Source: Podarcis bocagei (taxonomy: Eukaryota). From it: DNA of 64,000 nt. Both the position numbers and the translations under genes were made by a program. The notes beneath the pieces were generated by a model. That model had not been told where the DNA came from. It searched no databases and was given only the letters and a program-made list of their open reading frames with translations. This document shows, one piece after another, positions 1 to 12,924 of this stretch (position 1 is its first letter; every line of letters begins with the position of its first letter). Location of the stretch: assembly GCA_964188305.1 (NCBI GenBank), contig OZ076892.1; one strand, given 5' to 3'.

Positions 1-725
1 GCATCTATTTCATACCGGTTCTTGAATTGTTACCTACCGCGTACCCTCAGGAGAGGGCCAGCTCGAAATTGAAGTATCACATGAGGGATGCAGGTTAAGG
101 AACAGCCGCTTCATATACTGCTCACACAACCAAGTTTCAGTAAGTCAGCAGTTCAGAGGCACAAGAACTGGCTCAACAGGATTCCAGTGCCTCTTTGCTT
201 GCCACCTGGAATGGGACTCCTTGGAATCTTTGCTCCAAGTGTCACAAGGCTGCGAGCCTGGTCCAGCCAGAGGGGAAGCCCCACCTTGGCTCTCAATGCT
301 TGATCCACCCCACTTTCCTCCCTCTTGCCCTCGAGTGCTGATGGAGCAGTGACCCCCATCAAGAGGGATGCTTGGCAGTAGGTGGCAAAGAAGCCCTTGA
401 GTCCCCTGCTCTCCATCCAACACATTCTGGCTTGGCCACATTGCTCTTCCTAGTTGTGATAAAAGGCAGTTGTGCTACATTTCACCATGAGAACCCCCCA
501 CCCAGGCTCCAACAGTCACTCACTGCTAAAAATCACCACCTGCAAGTTACAGAGGGGCAACATGTGCATGAGGGCAGGTCAGGGCACAATCAGCACAGTT
601 AAGTCATCAAGCTTATCAGGATGCTGGTCCTGATGTGGCTGCATGCTTCAACATCCCCATAAAAAAACAGAATGAAAAAACAACAGCAAAAAGCACCAGG
701 CTAGTCTATACACAGGGAGTTGGAG

Positions 726-987
726 AGAAGAAGAAGAAGAAGAAGAAGAGTTTGGATTTGATATCCCGCCTTTCACTCCCTTTAAGGAGTCTCAAAGCGG
801 CTAACATTCTCTTTTCCCTTCCTCCCCCACAACAAACACTCTGTGAGGTGTGTGGGGCTGAGAGACTTCAGAGAAGTGTGACTGGCCCAAGGTCACCCAG
901 CAGCTGCATGTGGAAGAGCGGAGACGCAAACCCGGTTCACCAGATTACGAGACTACCGCTCTTAACCACTACACCACACTGGCTCTC
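726..987 (-). mobile_element. tRNA-derived CORE-type SINE (Squam3-like) with (CTT)n tail
   Basis: Minus-strand head GAGAGCCAGTGTGGTGTAGTGG (A box), B-box-like GGTTTGCGTCTCC, CORE-like CCTCACAGAGTGTTTGT, (AGA)n on plus at 726-749. Decayed relatives near 22915-23060, 24085-24176, 27180-27290, 45815-46025 and 57735-57975. Confidence 0.8.
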
Positions 988-2343
988 AATCATTTGAGAA
1001 TCATTTGAATGTACTGTACTAAGATGTAGCACAGGGTGGCCACAGGACCCCTTTGGCTCCTGGATTGATTGCACAGTCGTCCTTCTAGGACCGTCTGTTT
1101 GCCCCCACCCCCCACTCCTGGGCTGCAAACAGCCAAATAACATTATACCCAAAGATGGATTGTGAATCTGGACTAGTCCTGTAATCCTCAAAGTACAGAC
1201 AAGTTGGAATTCTGCCACCCAGACTGATATGCCTCCCCAAAATAAAGCCAAAGCAATGATATGCCATCAAGTGGTAGGGAAGTTTCTGAAGACTTCAGCT
1301 TGTAAAAAAATGCATGCAGTCTCTCTATCTCTGCCCCCCGTGCTTGAAATTCTGATGATCATAAGAGCCAACTCCCAGGGGCTATGGGGTCTTCACCCCC
1401 CCAATAAAATATCTGAGGGGGCTGGGACACCCCCTTCAAAGTTGATGGGTATTGCCATTCAAAGGGTGTGAATACACCACATCATGTGATTATGTTGGGG
1501 GGCTTACCTGTCTCCCCCAATATTTTGTTCAAGTTGGCCAACTCTGCCTGTGGGGGGCTTCTTTCATTTACTGTATTATTCCAACTTGGGACAGCAAGGG
1601 TGTTGTTGTTGTTGTTGTTGTTGTTAATGATCACATTTCTGCCCTGCTCTTCTTGCCAATGGAGTGTGACGGGTGCGTTTTCCCCCTCCCCCAATTTTTT
1701 CTGCAAGATTTGTTGGAAGTAGGTGACTCCTGCTGACCCCACATTTGGAAGGTGGGACCTGAATCATGTGAAGGGTGGGGAGGTTTGCTTCCTTTCTTTG
1801 GTGCTTTCCCTCACCCGAGTGCTCAGTGAGTAGCTTAAGTTTCCTCTAGGACCCCCTGAAAACACCTTGCTGCTCTGTCTGCTTTCTCTTCTCAGGGTGA
1901 GATTTGTTGCCGCTGTCAGTCTCCCTCCCGCCCCACGCAGGTCTGGTGGAGAGACTGCTGGGTGGACTGCCTTACTTGGGGTGAAGGGCTTTCCCACCCC
2001 ATGGATCCGTCCCTTTCAACAGATGGCTTCCTCTCCAAAGTCGGTCTGGGAATGAAGTGTCATGACATTTTGTGGGGCTCCACCATGCCACCAAGATTGC
2101 AATCCTGTGCACATTCCCAAAAGGTGCAAATTTACTTCATTCTCAGTTTGCCGCTTGCACAGCCTAAAATCTGCAGACCTTGAATTCCACCTGGCCCTTT
2201 GCACAACCTAGACGAGGCCAAGCATAGGTAGACTTGCAGCTTCTAAGATCTACTTGCTTTTTTGACTAGAACACGAAGGTAACTCAGCTGGATCCAGGAG
2301 AAATATAATAGTTCAGTTCCCTGCCTCCACCTCCACCTCAGTA

Positions 2344-2552
2344 CAGTGGTATCTCAGGTTACATATGCTTCAGGTTACACACACTGCTAACCCAGAAATA
2401 GTGCTTCAGGTTAAGAACTTTGCTTCAGGATAAGAACAGAAATCGGGCTCCAGTGGCGCTGCAGCAGCAGGAGGCCCTATTAGCTAAAGTGGTGCTTCAA
2501 GTTAAGAACGGACCTCCGGAACGAATTAAGTACTTAACCCGAGGTACCACTG
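2344..2552. mobile_element. Tc1/mariner(pogo)-type MITE, copy 1
   Basis: TIRs CAGTGGTATCTCAGGTTA / TAACCCGAGGTACCACTG, flanked by TA on both sides; internal CTTCAGGTTA subrepeats. Confidence 0.85.
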
Positions 2553-2689
2553 TATTGTAATTCAGAAAATGGGCTACCTCTGCCCAGGAATGCAGAAGCA
2601 CCCAAGAAGAGCCAGTCGTCCTGACACACACAAAACCTTATTTCTCCACGCCAGTAGCCGAATTTAGGGGTTTTGTTATTATTATTACT

Positions 2690-3900
2690 GGTCTGCACGG
2701 CGGTCCCCGGCTGCAGACCACCCTCTACCCACCGCTCGGCTCTCAGCCCCTGGCGTCGGAGGGCGGCCGCTCTCCCATGCCAGGTTCCTCGAGAGCAGCG
2801 CCGTCGGAGCGCTCGTTTGCTCACTCACCCAGGTTGACGAAGCTCATGACGGTGTCGGCGCCGTCGGCGGCCCGGCTCCGCGGGGGACTCCTCGCCCAGC
2901 TTGGTGTCCAGGGGCTGCCCTCGTCGTCCCCGTCGTCGTCGTCGTCCTGGCTTGCCATCGCGCGGTACAGGTCGAGCATGAAGAGCGGCGCGGCCGAGGG
3001 CGGCGGCCGTTGCTGCTGCTGCCGGGCGGCGGCTTTGGTGCCCGTCGGGGCGGGTCGCGTCCGGGGCCGGGGTCTGCCCGGCAGGCCCAGCAGGGCCAGG
3101 ATCTCGCGCTGCATCTCGCGCCGCTCTCGCCCGCTGAGCCGGCGCTGCTGGGGCGGCTGCTGCTGCTGCGGGCAGGAGGCGGCGGCGCGGCTCGACGCCC
3201 GGCGGGCCCAGGGCTCTCCCGCCAGCAGCAGCAACAGCAGCACGGGGAAGAGCAAGGGGATCGGGGCCGGCGGGAGCCGCATCCTGGCGCCCAGCTCGGC
3301 GGTGGTAGCAGCTGCCCGGCCAGGGCGCAGGCGGATCCGGCGCGCCGCGGCCGTCGGGGCGGCCCTTTAAGCGGCTTGAGGCGGGAAGCACGTGCTGCTC
3401 CTCGTCGGACGGGCTGGGCGGCCGCTCGCTTGCTCCGGCCCTGCCCTCCGCCGAGCGACGGTGAGGGGCCCTGAGCGCGTGCAGAGTGCCTCCCCCAGGG
3501 CCAGGAGCGAAGTTCCCTTGGATCGGTTCCCAGGGAAGGGAGGCTCCCGAGCCGCCGACGCGCCCCGGGAGGAGGCCGCGCGGCTGCGAGGGCCACCTCC
3601 CCGCCTTCTTTCACACAGACCCGCCTGAGCCGGCACCGCCCGCCTCCTCAGCAGCAGCTGCCGCTGCTCTGCTGCTGGGATGCAGACGGGCAGCGCCTCG
3701 GGGCAGAGACCGCAATTCTTTTGCCACGAAGAGGCAGAGCCATGATGGCGGCACAAAAGTGCAGCTTGGTCCCGGCCTGAAGGGGGTGGTGGCGTGTCCG
3801 CCCCCTTTCTTGGGGGGCACCCACAGAGGACAAGAGATACCGCAGGGCGGCATATCTCGGGGACTATAGCTCTCTGGGCGAGCAGGTGCTGCTACCTTAC
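2690..3900. promoter_or_regulatory. CpG island over the BMP8 promoter and exon 1
   Basis: Very GC- and CpG-rich tract in otherwise CpG-depleted DNA. TATA-like TTAAAG (minus, 3365-3370) about 85 nt upstream of the ATG; palindromic E-box AGCACGTGCT at 3387-3396. Confidence 0.8.
2829..3282 (-). CDS. BMP8A: BMP8 (BMP5/6/7/8 subgroup) coding exon 1: signal peptide and start of prodomain; remaining exons are off the left edge
   Basis: ATG at 3280-3282; hydrophobic signal peptide [12 protein letters not shown]; conserved prodomain motifs [33 protein letters not shown] and [10 protein letters not shown]; phase-1 donor G|GTGAGT at 2828. It lies just downstream of MACF1 in the same orientation, as human BMP8A does. 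The A/B suffix is not meaningful outside mammals. Confidence 0.88.
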
Positions 3901-5419
3901 GATCAGTGCAAGAAGAACCAAGAACCGCCTGTGCAGGTCAAAGGTATCGCTGCTCTGTTGGACTCCATTTCCCATTAGCCCCAGCCAGCTTTTCTAGCTG
4001 TCGGGGGCGATGGGAGTTTAAGGTTGTGCTCACTCACACTCCCGTTGACTCTGCATTGACTGCGTTTCCGGTGCTGGGGTTTTCACACGTGGTCGCAGTT
4101 CGTGTATCCCGTACTTTGTTATAAGAGACTGCTGCTCGAAGCCGTTGCTTCTCAAACCAGGCAGCTTCACGCCGATTGGAGTCCTTAAGCCGCTCCTAAT
4201 TAATCTCTGGCTAAGGTGTGAACACCTGTGCAGAGAGCAAAGGCGCGCCCAGCCACAAAGGGAGTAAGCTGTGCTGATATGAACAGGTAGCGTGGAAAGA
4301 GCGGTGAGACAACTTCATTGCCCTCCAAGGGGGTAATGTGAGCGCACCCACAGGAACTTTGTCATCCTGTTTTAACTGGCTTATTAGCCGTCTTGCTCTG
4401 AATTGCTTGGTTGCAATTCTGCTTCTTCCCGACCGACAGAGGACCCTCCCCGGGAACTCTCAGCGCTGGTAGGACTTCTCAGATTGGTTCTCCAGGCTGA
4501 GTTTATAACAATCCTCTCTCCCTGTGCTCTTTCCTTTTATGATATGTCTCATCACTAACATTTGCAAGCCTTTCTGGAAGCTCTCCACCACCACCCGCAG
4601 AATAGCAAGATAACAATGCTATATAGATATGGCACCCACCCACCCCTCTGCAATAAGTCCATGATGGTCAACATACTCTGCTACAACAGTATAGGGGGAC
4701 ACAATGTAGGGGGAAATAATGGTTTTAGACTGTTCTGAAACTACTATCCATAAATTTCATCACTCAAAATTCCACTATTATATGAATGGGCCAGTCCCTG
4801 CCTGTTCCCAAGATTTAATCAGGCTTGGGGAACGTGCTGAAATTGACTTTGGCAAATTCCTGCAAGAAATGACCTGATCTTGGACAAAATGTGGGGGTGG
4901 GGGGACAGAAACCCCAATACATTGGGGTTTGCACTTCTCTGAATGTCATGACATGGTTGGTGACAGCTTATATGTATCAAAACACACATTTAAACACATA
5001 CTTATGAGAGAAATTTCATTTTTAAGTTAGGGTTGGCTGAACTATTTCTTGTTTGTTTCACTTACATTGATATCAACTGTTTTGTTTTGGCAATATTTTG
5101 GGGGATGAAACAATATTCTTTGATGGAGAAGGGAACTGGAAAATCTGCCATTTTGTTTCCCCCAGAAATCCCTGTTATGAGGTGCTGTTTGAATTCTGAG
5201 GAAATTGTAAAAGCTGCCATCTTAAAGAATGGTTGCCTCCTTTGCTGTTCACTTGGAGCTGCCATTATAGTGGACAGCAGAGTGTCTGTGACACAATGTA
5301 CACTTTTATGAAGTGGATTCACTGCCCCCGCCCTGGCAACTCATTCTGAGAAAAGACAAAGACAGGAAAAATATTTGTCAACAATAACCATATCCTGCAA
5401 TCCTATGATTAAATATTAA

Positions 5420-6620
5420 CAATTTCTTCTTCTTCTTTTCAATTGTATATCGCAAAAATAAGTTTGTAGTAATAATAGTGGTCAGTGTATAAGTTATAAC
5501 TTATACATTGGTTCGTGAATTGGTTTAAATGAAAGCAAAAAGGAAACAGGATAGAACAGCGTTAACAGATAACATTCAACATCATATGGCTAAATGTCTA
5601 ATTAGGAGCCCTTGTGGTTGTGCTTAGATTCAGTATGAGTATAATAGTCATTTTTCCTCTTGTGTTACTAATGAAACAATGAAGTGTTGGTATAGTGATG
5701 AAAGTGAGATGGGGGTTAAAAGTGAAGATAATAATTTATGTTTAAATTTACATTTATTTCAACCAGATTGAGCCAAATGCTGATTGTTCATTTTCTGGAA
5801 TACTAGCATATGTTATGAAATTAAACCACACCGGGATAAAGCCATCTTTCTCGATCTGTCCACATGTCAACTGTTGCTTATTTGTTATATCTCAAGGAGG
5901 GATGGTTCCCAAACTGTTTTGTACCAATTGTCTATTGTTGTATAAGAAAGGTCTTTCCAGTGTCTGGTTACAGTATGTTGTGTCTTGTCACTTGTACTAA
6001 ATGGCTTATTAATCCTTTATTATGTAGATCCAGATATATTTGAGGAAGCTAATTCTGGTTTGACTTCCAATTGTTGTTTTGTTATTTTATTAATTTCTTG
6101 GAATATCGCATTCCAGAAAGGCTGGGTTTTTGTAAAGCCCCACCTCATGTGGAGAGTTGTACCGGTGTTGGGCAGCCCCTCCAGCAATGTGGTGAGGCAC
6201 CAGGATGGATCATTGCCAGCTTCCTAGAGGTTAATTCTCTATCACTCACCAAAATAAATAGGTTTTTTGTCCATTCCATTGAGCTGGCTCAAGGTTATAG
6301 CCAAAATTGCATTCATGTTGATAGGGTCAAGTGAACCCACTGATGCACTGAGTATAATTTTATAAATGTTATATCTGGTCCTTGTCCTTCTGGGGATATT
6401 ACGAGGGTGGCTGCTATACTGGTAATTGGGTTAGCCAAAAAAAATCTGGATTTGGTGGAGTAGCAGCCAAGGGGTTTGTAAGTTTCCTAGTTTAGTCTGT
6501 ATTTCTTGATCTGATAGTGGTGTATTTTTGTTATAAAAGTCACATGATCGGTATTAGACCTTTAGCTAAATGTGAACTATTTTGTGCCTCTACAGCTTTA
6601 TTTAAAAGGTTTAATAGGTG
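5420..6620 (-). mobile_element. Decayed L1-clade LINE 3' fragment
   Basis: Frameshifted minus-strand translation gives CWRGC..GT.LHMRW...QPFWNAIFQEINKITKQQLEVKPELA and NKGLISHLV...RHWKD, the ORF2 C-terminal cysteine-rich region; AT-rich 3'UTR; ends approximate. Confidence 0.7.
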
Positions 6621-8919
6621 TTCCATATCATGGGGGTGGGGCATGGATGGAAGAGAGGAAGTTGAGCAGTAAAGAACTAAGCCCCAGAGAATTCAGTTGG
6701 TTTTTCTCCAAAGAAAACATGCCAAAGAACCAGTGAAACGATTTGGTGGTGGGGCAATTTCATGAAACTCTTTCCCCTCAGATGACTGGGTCATTTCACT
6801 TATTTTTGGTCAAATTCCTCTTCCTCCCTTGCCCTTTTTGGGCAACCTTGTCTGTTTTGCGGTCCTGAGGTAATGGTCATGCTTGTATGTTACCTTTCTA
6901 CAGTTCAAACCACGCTCACGGTGGCTTACAATGTGAAAAAAATACACAACTTCAGCATAACAAAGGTAGTCCTAAACAATAAATAAAATATTTTTAAAAT
7001 ACCAAACTGAACAATTTCCACATCAATCACAGCAAAATCTAAAATAAAGATACAAGAAACCAAGAGCAGCAACTCCCCTCCCAACAACCCCCCCCCAAAA
7101 AACCCACACCCCAGTTCTTTCATTCTGAAAGTGGCAAGGGCAGTTGGCAGCCATGGTTGCCATGACAATGGGGTTCTGAGCCTAACTCACTGTGAAGCAG
7201 GCAGCAGGTCCTTGTGGTGCCTCTCTGGACTTGGCTGCAGGCAGAGGTGGGAGTCTCTCCTGCCAGTTGATTTGTGCTAGGGCCCTTGAGAAGAGACTAT
7301 TCACAGTAAGTGTTGACACCCCAGCCACAGTTTGGAGGGGGAAATTTTTCAGAGTCCCCCTGACATGCCCCAACTGGCATGGAGTGTAGCTGAGCACCCA
7401 CCCAGTCCATCCCTCTCCCTCAGACTCAGATGCCTTTCTGCTCTCCTTTGCAGAATGTCCAAGAGACGCTCATCTGCTGCGTGTCAGGGAAGAGGTGGTT
7501 CTAGCGGCTTCTCTTGCAAGGTATGACATCTGGCTTCCTATCTATTATGATTTAAAGCAGCCCCATCAATACACATATGCAGAATTTAGCAGTGTTTCAT
7601 AAGCTGGGAAAAGAAGCATCTCTACCCTCAAAGAGCTTCCAGTTTAAACTTAAATTAACTGAGGTGATGACGAAGGGGAGAGAGAAGGGTAGGAAACAGA
7701 TGGCATGACTTGGATTAGTATTCAGGGGTTTCCATACTGAAAGTGGGGAAGAGTGGAATCCACATAATGACCTCCTTGGGGTATTTCGGGGGGGGGGGGA
7801 GGTCCTCTAGGATAGTGCACCTGTCACTTGATCCTTTGGCACCCTGAATCCAGTTGAGCCCTGCATCTCCCTGGTGCATGACACTAAGGATTCAGCATGT
7901 GGCCTATTAGCTGAAGTCAGTGGAAAGAGAAGTTGTTGGAGAAAGGGTGCATCTAGGATTAGGAGCATTTTAAAACTTCAGAAGCGTAGCTTGCCTGTGA
8001 GCATCTATGTGCCTTATATGGAGCCAGACTATTAGTCTATTCAGCTTAGGACAGTCTAGCTCTCCAAGACCCCCAACAAAGTCCTTGCTCAGCTCCGGCA
8101 CCTGAGAGCCTTTTAGATATGGGGATGCCAGGAATAGAACTGGGGAACCTTGTGTACTAGGCATGACTCTGCCCCTTGATCGGGGCTCCTCCTGTCGGCA
8201 AATCTCTTCTTCACACATATGATATTTACATGTGGCAGCCTACTCCAAGCTCAATTCCTGGATGTTAGGCTGCTTGAAAAGGCACAGGAGCAGAGCCTGG
8301 AGAACAACTGACAACTTTGTTTGCTTGTTCCCGGTTGGGCCCTGGAAGAACAACCCCATTTGTATTGATTTAAAAAGGGGCAGTTGTGGCTCTGGATTCC
8401 AGGCCTGTGTGTTTACATGGTTGCCAGGACACAGATGTTGCGAGCTGGTCTTGCCCATTCGGAAGCCGGCTGAAAGTTCCAATGCTGCTCAGGGATTTGC
8501 TCACTAATTGCTTCTCCTCCCCTGTTGAAGTTCTCTTTGTGTCTATAGGGCAGGGAAATTGTGACCGTAGCATTGCTCCAAGAAAGTCAGGAAAAAAGAA
8601 ATGTTTTAATTGTTGAAGTATTGGGTTACTGAGTGTGTGCACTCCACAGCTCTGGAGGGCAGTGTCAACTTACTTGCAGGGATGCCAGATTACAATAATA
8701 TTGCTGTAATCATTTTCTACATAATTATTGTCAAACCCCATGTTGCCAATTTCAAGTTCATAAATGCAAGTGCTTTGCTCAAAAAGAAAAAAGCAGGGCC
8801 CAATTATCTGTGGAAACAGCAAACTTCCATCTTTCATCCATTACAACATGCTACCATTGGCTTTGTGGGACCACAGACAAGGTGATTTGTATTGGCTGCA
8901 GTATAATAGAGAAAGTGGA

Positions 8920-9240
8920 GTATTTTTCTCCCTTCTCATGACACCGGAACTTTTGGACATCCAAGCTGAATGTTGGAAGGTTCGGGACAGACAAAAGAAA
9001 ATCTTTCTTCACATAGTGCATAGTTAAACTATGGAACTCGCTCCTACAGGGGGCAGTGATGACAATCAACTTGGATGGCTTTAAAAGAGGACTGGACAAG
9101 TTAATGGATAAGCCTATCAACTGCAACAATGCTCTGCCTCCACGGTAGGAGGCAGTAATATTTCAGAATACCAGTTGCTGGAAACCACGAAGAGAGTTCT
9201 CTTGTGTTCCTGTCCTGCTTGTGGGCTTTGCACAGGCTCC
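8920..9240 (+). mobile_element. CR1 LINE 3' remnant
   Basis: GACAGACAAAAGAAAA-TCTTCACA...GTTAAACTATGGAACTC...GGATGGCTTTAAAAGAGGACTGGACAA, typical CR1 ORF2 end and 3'UTR. Confidence 0.7.
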
Positions 9241-10045
9241 CAATATAGTTTGGGCAGTCTAAGTATGGAAATGAGCACATTCTGTCCTTTTATCATTTGT
9301 ACACATGCTGTCCTTGACGCTGCCTGTCACGTAAGTGCTTCATATACACATTCACCTAACATGTTTCCCCATTTCCCCAACTGCACAACAAAACAAAGCA
9401 AAACCAAACGCTGCTGTGAGTTGCCCTCCTGTGCTTTGAAAGGGCAGAGCAGATGGGACATCATCCCTTTAGAAGCGCAACAGCCAGGAGCATGGTGAGT
9501 TGGTCTCTCTTACTGCAGAGGCCCTTTAGGAGACAGTGGACTGGTTAACTTGCCCATAATTTGTGGTTGTCTGGTACACATCTGTTGGTTTCTATGGTTT
9601 GGAAGTGGTTCCCAAATGGGGCGGGGTACTGCCCCCTGGGAGGCAGTGAGATTACCTAGGGGATTGGTAAGAGGCAAGGGTTTGGAAAGCTGGTACCTCT
9701 GGAAGTTCATCAATTTTGTTGAATTACGCAAATAGTTTTAATTGAATTTTGAATAAATGTGCAATTAATTGTCACTGTTTTGAATTTGAATTTTGTTGTC
9801 TTCCATAATGGGTCATTCTCAATGTTTTTTATAGGGCAGGGGGCACTGGGGATGATCTTACGGAACCAAGTGGTGGAGGCTCAAAAAGAGTTTTGGAACC
9901 ACCGCATTCGAGCAAATAATCACAGAGAAAGCAGGCGGCTCTATTCTGTGCCAGAGGAGAAGTGATTGGCTGGGAAGACACACCTGTACTCTTAATGCTA
10001 ATCCAGTGGCTTCTTCCATGGCATAAAAAAAGAGGCAAGTTTCTT

Positions 10046-10051
10046 TTTATT
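10046..10051 (-). terminator. Probable MACF1 polyadenylation signal AATAAA
   Basis: tttatt on plus; ATTAAA about 20 nt upstream; T-rich sequence downstream on minus. Confidence 0.6.
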
Positions 10052-11495
10052 ATTACTGCAAGCAATTTTAATACAAAAAGTGTCTTCTTTTTTTAAACAA
10101 TTCATTGGTAGAGCTTCAGGTTCTGGCTCAATTAAACCAACTGAGAGAATCACACAGCAATATGGTCAGTCAGAGCAGGGGAAAGAGCAAAAGTTAATAA
10201 ATACAGGAAGACCAAGTAGCCCCCAACTCCCTGCCCCTCCCCCTTCTTTACTGTCCCAAAGTTGGCTTTACTTTTTAAAACATCCCTCCCCTTCTTCTCC
10301 CCTCCACAATGGAAAAAATGATCATATAAAAGCGAGCTGGGGGGTGGAGGGGGCGGCGCACAAGTGGGGCTGCTGGTGATGCGCTTTAAAATTCCCAAGA
10401 ACAAGCTCCTGTGCGTGTTGAAGGCAGCTCTGTCGTCGTCTTCTCCCCTGGAGTGTGGAGGGGCCTCTTGGACGTCAGTATGGTCAGAAGTGGCATTAAC
10501 CAGTTGAGACAATAAATAGGAAACAATGCAGTTAAATAGCAGTTCGTGAACTAAAAAGTGAAGTCAGTTTTTTTTTGTTTTGTTTTAACAGCAATGTGAG
10601 AGAAGAACCAAGTTTTGTGGGAACTCCCCTCTTTGGCTCCACTGCTCAAAGGTTTTGCTGTGTGTGCCCCAACCCCAGGCATCGTCCACACAGGTATGAT
10701 GCTACTGGAGAGCTTCAAGTGTAAAATATTGAAAACATAGTATTAGTTGTTCTTTAAAAGCTCAGCGGCTGACAGTACTTTCATTTCGCTAAATACAGCA
10801 TTTTAGTGAACATCTTTACTTGTATGTAGCGTGTGTGCAATTTTTTTTTTAATTTATTAGTTCAAACTTACTCCACTTTATCTTCAGGTAAAACCACAAT
10901 GATTTCTTTTAAAAACTGGAAACAGAAGCCCCAGATCCCATTCACCTCACATTTCTCTCTTTTTGAGGTATCCATGATTTACAAAAAAAAAAAAAAAAGA
11001 GAAAGAAAGAGAGAGAGAGAGAGAAAGAAAGAATTCCTTGAACACTGCTGGATATTCAGGTGTTGCTTTTAAATATAATTTACCTTGCTGAGACAGCAAG
11101 TTAAGTTTTTATAAAGATGCATTTAGGAAATAATCCTAAAAGATAAAGCAGGATCACTTCCTGCACTGCACAGAAATCCTATTTATATAATTTTTTTTAA
11201 CTTTTTGTTTTTACATTTTCACATCTTGACCTTTTGCTTGCTTCTATTCTCTCCCACATTTCATTTTTTTTCCTGGGCCCTCCCAGCGCTAAGGAGGTCA
11301 CCAGAAGGCAAGTTTTATCTACATAAATATTCACATGAAAATAGTAACTTACAAAAAAAGAAAATTAACAGAACAAAATAAGGCAGCTTCATAACACAAT
11401 CTTTTACACTTTTAACAATATAATTTCTCCCATGTAGAATAAATATACATCCAATGTATGAAGCAGGGTTAAAAAATGGACACAGGTTTTTTGTT

Positions 11496-11499
<4 letters not shown>

Positions 11500-11528
<29 letters not shown>
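11500..11528. repeat. (GT)n microsatellite in the MACF1 3'UTR
   Basis: Direct reading. Confidence 0.95.
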
Positions 11529-11535
<7 letters not shown>

Positions 11536-11558
11536 GATGTGTGCATGGGGTCTTATTA

Positions 11559-11815
11559 TTATCTCTTGGGGCCTGGCGTCTTGGGGGTGGCTGTGGTCGC
11601 TTTCTTAGACATGGTAGGGATTTTGGAGGGCTTTGCCATGCCCCGTCGGGAGCTGCCCTGCCCCCCCGTTGCGCTGCTTTCGGAAGTGTCTGAGCAGGCT
11701 GACTGTGTCTCTAGGAGGTCAAAGTCAGATGCGTCGCTGCCCCGCCGGCTGCTGGCGCGGCTCCCTGCCCGGCTCCCTGCCCGGCTCTGAGGGCGACTGC
11801 TCGTTTTCTTAGGAT
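11559..11815 (-). CDS. MACF1: MACF1 last coding exon: GSR repeats, SxIP (SKIP) EB-binding motif, stop
   Basis: ttttcag|AT; [47 protein letters not shown]...[24 protein letters not shown]. Confidence 0.96.
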
Positions 11816-12800
11816 CTGAAAAGTAAAACGGATGTGTCCATCACCACCATGGAAGCCCAGGAAGGCCTTACAACATGCTATTGCTCCGTCCCTCAAGGGC
11901 AGCCCCCGTCTTGTTTTCCAGCTAGATGCCACCTTCCCTTTAGACATCCTCTGTGTGTGCTGGAACGGTGGCTCTCACAGCTACCACAAGCAGTTGATGC
12001 CTGAGCAGTCGGGCCCTCCCCACAACATAGCTGAACCTATTTCAGTGTACTACTCTCTATAGAGAGACCCCTTGCTCTGGAACTGCCTCGCTGCCAGTGG
12101 AGGTGACAGTCAAACTGGCTGATGTTGCTGTATCATCATTGGTGCTTCATTCCACTTTGTCGCCAGGCGGGGTCATGTGTGGGCTTCCTTATGTCTTGGA
12201 GGAATCACTGAAGCATGGGGGCTTTCACTTGCTATTAATTTCTCAACAAAAAGCTCCTGCGTATCCCATATATATTTCTACTCAGAAGTCCCACCGAGTG
12301 CAATAGGGCTTATGCACAGCAATGTGGAGGCAGGGTTGTGGGCTAAAATAATAAAACTTTGCATAAATGGAATTGGCTATAGTGAAAGTGTGATGAACTT
12401 CCAGTTGGCGCCACCTGCAATAGCTCTGACCCGTTGACTGGTGCACACAGAGAAATGGTCATGCTCCCAAGAGCACAGAAAACCAGCTGCAAGTACACTT
12501 GAGGCTTACAAGGGCAGAGTGAAGACTATTAGCAGCAGGAGCCCCCAGCCCGCCCCCGCTGGAAGTAACCCTCATCAGGGAGGCTGGAATTACTCATCCC
12601 ACCTAACAGAAGTAGAGGCTGAAACTCAGAGCAGCTTGACCCAAGTCCCACTCCTGTATTCACCTGTTCAGTTTACTGAATTTTGTTCATTGTTTCCCAC
12701 AACCAAAGGAAGCCCCGAAGTGATTCACAAAACAAAGAATGAAAAGGCAATACATGCAGCATACAAGCATGGACTGTGTCACTTCCAGAAAGGCACTTAC

Positions 12801-12924
12801 CAGCCCGACTAGTTTTGGCACCTGAAGACACTGGCGAGGAGCTGTTACTGGTGTCGCCAGCGAGAGAAGTCCGGCTGGAGTGGAAAGTGGGTCGCTTCAG
12901 CTTGCTGCTTGAAGAGGGAACGAC
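12801..12924 (-). CDS. MACF1: MACF1 exon (Ser-rich tail)
   Basis: VVPSSSSKLKRPTFHSSRTSLAGDTSNSSSPVSSGAKTSRA; acceptor ccaag, donor G|gtaagt. Confidence 0.93.

Larger units (their letters stand above)
10025..11558 (-). other. MACF1: MACF1 3'UTR (end approximate)
   Basis: Follows the stop codon; AU-rich and free of obvious transposons; AATAAA on minus at 10853-10858 and 10046-10051. Confidence 0.7.

Noticed and set aside
2777-3869. Long overlapping ORFs in the CpG island (197 aa +, 188 aa -, 256 aa -, and others)
   Set aside because: Stop-poor GC-rich DNA, often non-ATG starts, Arg/Pro/Gly low-complexity products; only the 2829-3282 frame has family motifs and a splice donor.
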